Shown here in pieces: positions 42,995 through 50,148 of a stretch of DNA of 52,997 nucleotides. Positions within the stretch are counted from its first letter, which is position 1. The number at the start of each line of letters is the position of its first letter. Source of the stretch: Synechococcus sp. (GTDB lineage: Bacteria > Cyanobacteriota > Cyanobacteriia > Thermostichales > PCC-7336); NCBI GenBank assembly GCA_051439605.1, contig JBFRWN010000068.1:1-52997 (forward strand), given 5' to 3'. The position numbers and the translations under genes were made by a program. The notes under the pieces are model-generated. The model saw only the letters and a program-made list of their open reading frames with translations, made no database searches and had not been told where the DNA came from.

Positions 42995-43600
42995 ATGATG
43001 ATGATTAAACATGAATTAAACCCTAAAAAATTTCTAGAACCCCTCCAATACCATGATGGCTATTCGGAAGCGAATTTCTTATTTAATTACCAACTACTAA
43101 AGGAAGAATATAGAAACAATGGTTTACTCGTTAATCACTATTCATTTGGTGAGATTGCACTTCAATTCATGAAGACCCTACATGCAAGCTACTTTGAACA
43201 AGGTTTCTTGTCGGCAACTGAAATCAGACAATCTGTCGATTATATTGCTAATGAATTATTAGAGAACTCAATCAAATATAGTGATGAAACTGCAACCAAG
43301 ATTAATCTGAAAATACATGTTAACAAGCAAAGAATCATAGTCGAATCAACAAATCTAATTAGTAAAAATAGATCTGAAACTTTTTTGAATTATTTACAAA
43401 ACCTCATGTACTCAGATCCTTCAGAATTGTATATCAGGCAGTTAGAAAAAAACTCAAGTGATAACAACAAATCTGGGTTGGGATTGTTGTCAATGATACA
43501 TGACTATAGAGCTGAGATAAACTGGAAATTCACTTCTACTGAGCTCAATCATAGTGTTTTAAGTTGTATTATTGTTCGACTGCCTACTAAGTTTATATAA
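42995..43600 (+). CDS. Anti-sigma-type HATPase Ser/Thr kinase (Slr1658/SiaB-like)
   Basis: YIANELLENSIKYS (N box), SGLGLLSMIHDY (G2-like box); lies between PP2C and STAS genes. Confidence 0.75.
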   Translation: MMMIKHELNPKKFLEPLQYHDGYSEANFLFNYQLLKEEYRNNGLLVNHYSFGEIALQFMKTLHASYFEQGFLSATEIRQSVDYIANELLENSIKYSDETATKINLKIHVNKQRIIVESTNLISKNRSETFLNYLQNLMYSDPSELYIRQLEKNSSDNNKSGLGLLSMIHDYRAEINWKFTSTELNHSVLSCIIVRLPTKFI

Positions 43601-43644
43601 ACCCAAGTAAAGTCTTCCTAAATCTGAATAGTAATCTTAAACCC

Positions 43645-44001
43645 ATGAAAAACAAATCCCCAAGCTACTCAATTTATTACGATTGCGAATCTGAGATCGT
43701 TAGCCTCAGTGGAAAACTGCATTTAATTCAGCGCGAGAAAGCATTTCATGAAATCCTAAGTTGGTTCGATCTTATTATCGATAAAGAACCCCCGAGGGTT
43801 CTACTTGATGTTAGTGGTCTAGACTATCTCAACAGTATGGGTATTAGTATGATCGCAAAATTTGTGATTAGAGCCAGAGATAAAAAGACCATTCACGTTG
43901 TGGTTAAAGCTTCAAAAGAAATTATTTGGCAAGGTAAGTCATTGGTGAATTTGAAGCGAATTATGCCCAGCATAGATTTTATCTATGACAATATTACCTG
44001 A
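43645..44001 (+). CDS. STAS-like anti-anti-sigma protein (Slr1659/SiaC-like)
   Basis: LSGKL...LDVSGLDYLNSMGISM (phospho-Ser motif)...WQGKSLVNL. Confidence 0.78.
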   Translation: MKNKSPSYSIYYDCESEIVSLSGKLHLIQREKAFHEILSWFDLIIDKEPPRVLLDVSGLDYLNSMGISMIAKFVIRARDKKTIHVVVKASKEIIWQGKSLVNLKRIMPSIDFIYDNIT

Positions 44002-44048
44002 CAAGTTGTGTAGATATATCCAAAGGATATTCATTTGAGAGGCTATTT

Positions 44049-46190
44049 GTGATGAATGTTTCAACATGTGATAATCAAATTTCTAATAAATACGTTTCTC
44101 TCTTTGACGATCTTACGGGGTTACCTAATCGAAGAGCTTTTCTAGAATATCTGGAGCAGCATATTGAGCTTTCTGTTGACTATGAAAACCAGCTATTTGC
44201 AGTGCTAGTTCTTGGTGTTGAAAATTTTGGTGTTATCAACAGTAGCTTGGGAATTCATATCGGAGATCAGCTACTTGTTCAAATTGGTAAAAGACTGCAA
44301 GAAGTCATACGGGTGAATGATTGCCTATTTCGTGTAGGAGGAGATGAGTATGTCGTTGTCATCCATGACATCAAAAGCGTTACCAGTCTAGATAAGTTCG
44401 CGGCACGAATTTACGAAAGCCTATTATCCTCCTTCCATCTTGAAGATAATGAAATCTTTATTGGCATCCGCCTGGGGATTACTCACAATCAAGTGAGTGC
44501 GGGTAAAGCTGAAGACTTTTTCCGTGATGCATGCGCCGCAATGAATCATGCAAAGTCTTCTGAGTCCCTCCATTGCGTTGTGTTTCAACCCAAAATCCAA
44601 GAGGAATTTGAGCATCATCTTGACTTAGCTAATTCCTTAAGAAAGGCATTAAACAGAGATGAACTCTTTTTAGAATATCAACCTATTTTTTCATTAAGTG
44701 AAGAGTTCTTGGTTGGATTTGAAGCACTTGTTCGATGGAAACATCCTAGGTGGGGGGTTTTATCGCCTGATAAATTTATCCCTTTGGCAGAAAAAAGCCA
44801 ACTCATCGAACCGCTAGGAGAATGGGTTCTTCAGGAAGCCTGTCGGCAATTAAAGAGTTGGCAAGAACAATTTTCGGAAGCACGTAAACTTTCTATTAGC
44901 GTAAATGTTTCAGTTCGTCAGATACTTTGCGGTGATTTTCACAAAAAAGTTAGTAAAGCTCTCAAAATAGCTAATCTTAAACCGAAATTTCTAAGTCTAG
45001 AAATTACAGAAAGTGTTTTGCTAGAACATAGTCAACAGACACTTCTCGAGCTAGAAAAAGTTAAGTCACTTGGAGTGAAAATCGCGATCGATGATTTTGG
45101 TACCGGTTACTCTTCTTTAAGTTACTTGCTTGACTTTCCTTGCGACATCCTCAAGTTAGATGCATCATTTACTGACGATGTAGATAATAATCATAGAAAG
45201 TTTTACCTTGTTCAGAGTTTACTCGCATTAGGACAAGGTTTAGGAGTCGAGGTGACTGCAGAGGGCTTAGAAACTCAAGAACAACTCGCTCATTTTAGAG
45301 CTTTAGGCTGCAATTATGGGCAAGGATATATTTTTTCTAAACCATTGAATACTCAAAATTCTCAAAGTTTTATTTTGTCACATATTTCTGCCAACAAAAT
45401 CCTAGGTGATATCGAAAATAGGCACTCTGTTTCAAATCCGAATGTCCTGCCTAACGGCTATTCTTTCAGAGATGATTTGCTCACAAAAAATCAGTATCTC
45501 GAAATGAAAATCAATAATCTAGCACAGGAGGTCGATGATTTAAAAAATTTATTGAGTACTGCTGAGAGTCATGCTGAAGTTATTGAGTCCCAGCTTTACC
45601 AGGAGGTTTCTGAACATCAGAAGACATTTCTTAAGTTGGAAGAAAGTAATCTTGAATTAAGGCGTCTGAGCTATATTGACCCTTTGACTCAAATCCCTAA
45701 CCGCCGATACTTTGACGAACACTTATGTCAGGCTTGGGAAAATGCGATTTTTCTTCAAGACTCAATCAGCATGATTATTGTTGATGTGGATTACTTCAAA
45801 CTTTATAATGATGAATACGGTCACCGAACTGGAGACTTCTGCTTACTCCAAATTGCCCAAACCTTATCCGATGCATTAATTTCCTCTACAGATTTTGTCG
45901 CGAGGTATGGCGGTGAAGAATTTGCCATTATCTGTTCGGGGCTGTCTCAAGAAGATGTTGTTGAAATGGCTCAGAGGATCTGCACAACTGTCATTTCCCT
46001 TAAATTGCAGCACTGTCGTTCTCCTGTTAGTTCTTATGTAACTGTGAGTGCTGGAGTGGCTAATATCATTCCTCAAGAGTCTAATTCTATTAATGATTTC
46101 TTCCAGCGGGCTGACAAAGCACTCTATTCTGCTAAACAGAGTGGTAGGAACGGGTTCAGTTTAGCTACGTCTATGAAAGCTATTTTTTAA
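44049..46190 (+). CDS. GGDEF(degenerate)-EAL-coiled coil-GGDEF c-di-GMP enzyme
   Basis: DLTGLPNR...GGDEY; FEALVRW, EITE, DDFGTGYSS, AEG.E, QGY; DPLTQIPNRR, DVDYFK, RYGGEEF, ADKALY.AK..GRN. Confidence 0.92.
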   Translation: MMNVSTCDNQISNKYVSLFDDLTGLPNRRAFLEYLEQHIELSVDYENQLFAVLVLGVENFGVINSSLGIHIGDQLLVQIGKRLQEVIRVNDCLFRVGGDEYVVVIHDIKSVTSLDKFAARIYESLLSSFHLEDNEIFIGIRLGITHNQVSAGKAEDFFRDACAAMNHAKSSESLHCVVFQPKIQEEFEHHLDLANSLRKALNRDELFLEYQPIFSLSEEFLVGFEALVRWKHPRWGVLSPDKFIPLAEKSQLIEPLGEWVLQEACRQLKSWQEQFSEARKLSISVNVSVRQILCGDFHKKVSKALKIANLKPKFLSLEITESVLLEHSQQTLLELEKVKSLGVKIAIDDFGTGYSSLSYLLDFPCDILKLDASFTDDVDNNHRKFYLVQSLLALGQGLGVEVTAEGLETQEQLAHFRALGCNYGQGYIFSKPLNTQNSQSFILSHISANKILGDIENRHSVSNPNVLPNGYSFRDDLLTKNQYLEMKINNLAQEVDDLKNLLSTAESHAEVIESQLYQEVSEHQKTFLKLEESNLELRRLSYIDPLTQIPNRRYFDEHLCQAWENAIFLQDSISMIIVDVDYFKLYNDEYGHRTGDFCLLQIAQTLSDALISSTDFVARYGGEEFAIICSGLSQEDVVEMAQRICTTVISLKLQHCRSPVSSYVTVSAGVANIIPQESNSINDFFQRADKALYSAKQSGRNGFSLATSMKAIF

Positions 46191-46258
46191 CTTTTCAGAG
46201 TCTCTTCATTTCTTCATGTGTTGTCAATTACGAATTTTTCAAGCAAGCATATACAGCG

Positions 46259-47086
46259 GGTGTTGACAAGTTAATCGTTCTGGCACCGATGGCTAGGCTG
46301 TGTAAGGCTTAGAGGATGAGCAGCATTTACAAACGACACCGTTTCCCAAACGAGATCATCTCCTACTGCGTCTGGCTGTATTACATCTTTCCTCTCAGCT
46401 TCAAAGAAATTCATAAGATGATGCTCTATCGTGGCATCCAGGTCACCTATGAAGCGATCCGACAATGGTGTCTCAAGTTCCTCAAAGCTATGCCAATCAA
46501 CTGCGCCGCAACCGTCCTAAGCTTGCTCATAAATGGTATCTGGATGAGGTGGTGATTAAGATAAACGGTAAGCAATACTACCTGTGGCGAGCCGTCGATA
46601 AGAATGGCCAGGTACTCGATATATTGATGCAAAGCTGTCGGAATGAAAAATCAGCCAACAAGTTTTTCCGCAAACTGTTGAAGCCTCAAGGTTTTACCCC
46701 CAGGGTTGTCATCACTCACAAACTCAAATGCTATGGTGCCTCCATGAAGAAGATCCTGAAAGGAATAGACCACAGGCAGCATAAGGGGTTGAACAATCGA
46801 GCGTAGAACTCGCATCGACCGACAAGAGTTAGGGAGAGGCGAATGGGCCTCTTTAAATCCCCAGGTCAGGCCCAACGATTTCTTTCAGCATCTGAACCGA
46901 TACGAGGACACTTTCACCCCCATCAACACAAACTCTCTGCAACCGAATTCTGAGAAACGATGCGCCAGTGCTTCGAGAGTTGGCATGAAGTAACGAGTCA
47001 AAACGCGGCTGTATAAATCAGCACCTCGCCCCTGCCTCAGAAAATCAGTGCTTTTTTTGTTGATCTTTAGTTCACTTGACAATGCC
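46259..47086 (+). mobile_element. IS6-family element with inactivated transposase
   Basis: YKRHRFP.EII...WYLDEV.IKI.G...YLWRAVD...NNRA; frameshift near 46480 and TAG at 46804-46806; imperfect IRs GGTGTTGACAAGTTAA and (reverse complement) GGCATTGTCAAGTGAA; 828 bp; no flanking direct repeat seen. Confidence 0.88.
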
Positions 47087-47250
47087 GGCATATCACCGCT
47101 TGAAAATTAGAGTTATAATTTCCCGTAAAGAATCGAGAAACACCTTGTAAGCGGTTGTTCTTTTCTATTTTGTAAGTTGTAGAGTTAGTGAGAATTTAGG
47201 CCGAATAAATCATTCAACTTAATGCACATTCTTTACGCCTCTTCAAGATA

Positions 47251-48030
47251 TTGGAACGCTTCAGCTGGACACTGCCATCTCTTCCCCTGATGCCCCCTTT
47301 AGATCGTGCAGTCCATCTATGGATGTTTGAACTAGCTTGTAATTTTCAAACTATTGCCCGGCTGGAAAAATTTCTCAACCAAGCGGAATGGCAAAAAGTA
47401 CTAAGATTCTGTTTTGAACGCGATCGCAATTCTTATATTGCCGGGAGAGGACTCCTTCGCCTAATTTTAGGTTTGTATCTGGACAAATCTCCCTCAGATA
47501 TACATTTTGACTACGGTCCTCAAGGAAAACCAGTTTTAGCAAAACAGCATGTATCCTCATTAAACTTCAATCTCTCGCATTCGAACAACCTTGTCCTGCT
47601 TGCATTTAGCTGCAATCGTGATGTAGGAGTTGACATCGAATATCATCGTTACCTGATGGACTGGCAAGGAATAGCCAAATACTATTTCGCACCTGGCGAG
47701 CAGTCAGCCCTGAAAAAATTGCCCCCTGAGCAACAGCAACATGCTTTTTTTGACTGCTGGACTCGAAAGGAAGCCTACATTAAAGCTCTGGGCGGAGGAC
47801 TAAGTATTCCACTCGATCAATTTGAAGTCTCTCTTGCTCCCAACCAACCCGCACGCTTAATCAGCGTCGAAGGGAAAACGGAGAAGTCCAAGCGCTGGAG
47901 CATGGTAGGAATTGACACTCAATCAAACTATTCTGCAGCACTCGTAGTGGAAGGCCCACCCCCACAAATGCATACTTGGCTGACTTCAATTGAGTCTTTG
48001 CTTTCGCTATCTGAGCGAAACTCTTTTTAG
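47251..48030 (+). CDS. Sfp-type 4'-phosphopantetheinyl transferase
   Basis: GKP, FNLSHS, VGVDIE, FFDCWTRKEAYIKALGGGL; start uncertain (47251 TTG or 47290 ATG). Confidence 0.92.
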   Translation: MERFSWTLPSLPLMPPLDRAVHLWMFELACNFQTIARLEKFLNQAEWQKVLRFCFERDRNSYIAGRGLLRLILGLYLDKSPSDIHFDYGPQGKPVLAKQHVSSLNFNLSHSNNLVLLAFSCNRDVGVDIEYHRYLMDWQGIAKYYFAPGEQSALKKLPPEQQQHAFFDCWTRKEAYIKALGGGLSIPLDQFEVSLAPNQPARLISVEGKTEKSKRWSMVGIDTQSNYSAALVVEGPPPQMHTWLTSIESLLSLSERNSF

Positions 48031-48452
48031 GATCGTAGGAAGGAGCCCACATTCATCAGGCAGGAGATGTATAAAAAAATTTTCGAAATCGCCATTGGCA
48101 TGGTGTAATTTTGACAATTGATGCCGGGTGAAGTGGGGAGATAAAACAACCAGCACCAATGCTCAGAAATGTGTCGAAATGAGATAGGGTCTCCAACTGG
48201 TTGCGGTTTTTGCCTCCTATGTGAATTTGTCTGGAAGCCTTTAAATAGGGTTAGCTGTTTAAGTCTCAATCTATTGCTATTACTAGCTTTCAAGGCCATG
48301 AGGCAGTGGCCAAGTGCAAGAGAAATTGAAATCATCGCCCAAAAGCCTTGCACCATCCATCCGCCATGTACCGATGCGTAGCCCCAGGCCAGTTATCTCG
48401 GGAGCGTAATAAATTTGCAGTCTGATTTTGAGATAAATTTGTCTGGCTACTT

Positions 48453-48554
48453 ATTGAGAATCAACCACGTAAAAATAAGACTTCTAGGAATACTCTTATC
48501 AATATTGTGGCTCCAATTTAGGCCTTATTGCGCTTATTGAGAATGACTATAAAT
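48453..48554. promoter_or_regulatory. Cluster of Fur-box-like motifs
   Basis: ATTGAGAAT at 48453 and 48536; the latter forms the imperfect 19-bp palindrome ATTGAGAATGACTATAAAT; CTTATCAAT at 48495-48503. Confidence 0.4.
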
Positions 48555-48661
48555 TTATTACGCTCCCTACGATCCTGCTACCCAACTAACTGGCGCCAGT
48601 CTTCCGTTTGCGCTAAACCAAAAGTGAAGGCTGCAGCATTCCCTAATTAAGCAATGGTGGT

Positions 48662-50143
48662 ATGGCATTCGAGCAAGATGTCTTTATTAGCTACGCACAC
48701 ATCGACAATCAACCTTTGCTGGAGGACAGCAAAGGATGGGTGACTCGCTTTCATCACATTTTAGAAACGCGGCTGGCTCAGCTATTGGGGGCCAAGGCGA
48801 AGATTTGGCGAGATGACAAGCTGCAAGGAAATGACGAGTTCGGTCCCGAAATTGTCGACCAGCTTCCCAAGGTTGCTTTGTTGGTGTCGGTGTTGACGCC
48901 CCGTTACGTGAAATCGAAATGGTGTTTGAGGGAGTTGCATAACTTTTACGAAGCGGCTGCTTTGTCGGGTGGGTTAAAGCGAGGAAATAAATCGCGGGTG
49001 TTTGTAGCCATCAAAACTCCCATCCCACGTGAGGAGCGTCCCGAAAATTTGCAGGATTTTTTGGGGTACGAGTTTTACGAAGTCAATGCCGATCGCCTGG
49101 TGGAGTATAGCCACGAATTTGGCCGCGATATGGAGCTGAAATTTGTTCAGAAAGTGAACGATTTGGCGGGGGATATGGAAAAGCTGCTGACGGTGTTGGC
49201 GGATGATGCCGAACCGGGCGAGCAAGCGATGGCGTCCCCATCTGGCAAGGTGGTGTATTTGGCAGAAACTAGCAGCGAGTTGGCGGCCACCCGAGATGCC
49301 ATCCGACGGGAATTGGAGTTGTCCGGTCATGCGGTGCTGCCCGATCGCCCCTTACCCAGTACCGCTCAATTCACCACCGAGGTGGAACAGCTTCTGGCCC
49401 AATCCGATCTATCCGTACATTTGTTAGCCGGGGGGGATAGCGAACCGCAGTCGGAGGATTCGTTTGCGGCCCAATTGACTCAATTCGAGACGGCGCGGAT
49501 GCGGGAGCAGTTGCATGTAGCGCTGGAGTGGAGTCAAAAGACGCCGGGGTTTGCTCAAATTGCTTGGGTGCCGGGCGATCGCGAGCGAAAGTTTTGGAGT
49601 CAAGAGGTGGCGGACTTACCCCGTCAACTGGATGCCCTGCAGACGACTGTGGAGGAGCTGAAGACTCTCATTCAGACGCGCATCGAAAATCCGCGCCCCG
49701 TTGTTTCAAATACAGGGGGTGCGGGTGAGCTGCCGACGTTATATCTGGATTTCCACAGGCGAGACTTTGAAGATCCCGAACCGGATTTTGAAGATCTTTA
49801 TGACTACTTGTCAGAGCACTTTACCTTGGTGGTGCCCGATTACGATGCAGGCGAAGGGGTAATGAGTTCGGAGCAAAAATTGCAGCAGGCGGATGGAGTG
49901 CTAGTTTTTTACGGTCAGGGGAGCCGGGTGTGGTTCGACAGCCGCATCAAGGCCTTGACCAAAAGTCTGTCATTCACAAAAGCTGATTTGCCTCGGGCGG
50001 TGTACTTGGGCAATCCCCCTAAAGGAGCCAAGGAAAAGTGGCAGGCCCCCGAATGGGTATCGACGATTCGTCAGGGGGAGAGCTTCTCGGAGGAGTTGAT
50101 GGAGGATTTTATGGCCCGGTTTAGTTTGAAGTCGGGGGGGTAA
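48662..50143 (+). CDS. TIR-domain protein with two further TIR/DUF4062-like alpha/beta domains
   Basis: DVFISYAHID, KIWRD, TPRYVKSKWCLREL; second domain VYLAE...RRELELSGHAVLP...SDLSVHL; third LYLDF...ADGVLVFYG. Confidence 0.85.
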   Translation: MAFEQDVFISYAHIDNQPLLEDSKGWVTRFHHILETRLAQLLGAKAKIWRDDKLQGNDEFGPEIVDQLPKVALLVSVLTPRYVKSKWCLRELHNFYEAAALSGGLKRGNKSRVFVAIKTPIPREERPENLQDFLGYEFYEVNADRLVEYSHEFGRDMELKFVQKVNDLAGDMEKLLTVLADDAEPGEQAMASPSGKVVYLAETSSELAATRDAIRRELELSGHAVLPDRPLPSTAQFTTEVEQLLAQSDLSVHLLAGGDSEPQSEDSFAAQLTQFETARMREQLHVALEWSQKTPGFAQIAWVPGDRERKFWSQEVADLPRQLDALQTTVEELKTLIQTRIENPRPVVSNTGGAGELPTLYLDFHRRDFEDPEPDFEDLYDYLSEHFTLVVPDYDAGEGVMSSEQKLQQADGVLVFYGQGSRVWFDSRIKALTKSLSFTKADLPRAVYLGNPPKGAKEKWQAPEWVSTIRQGESFSEELMEDFMARFSLKSGG

Positions 50144-50148
50144 GGGGT

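Noticed and set aside
48027..48381. Overlapping short ORFs after the PPTase, including a Cys-rich one
   Set aside because: No RBS or recognisable motif; they overlap on opposite strands and are probably spurious.
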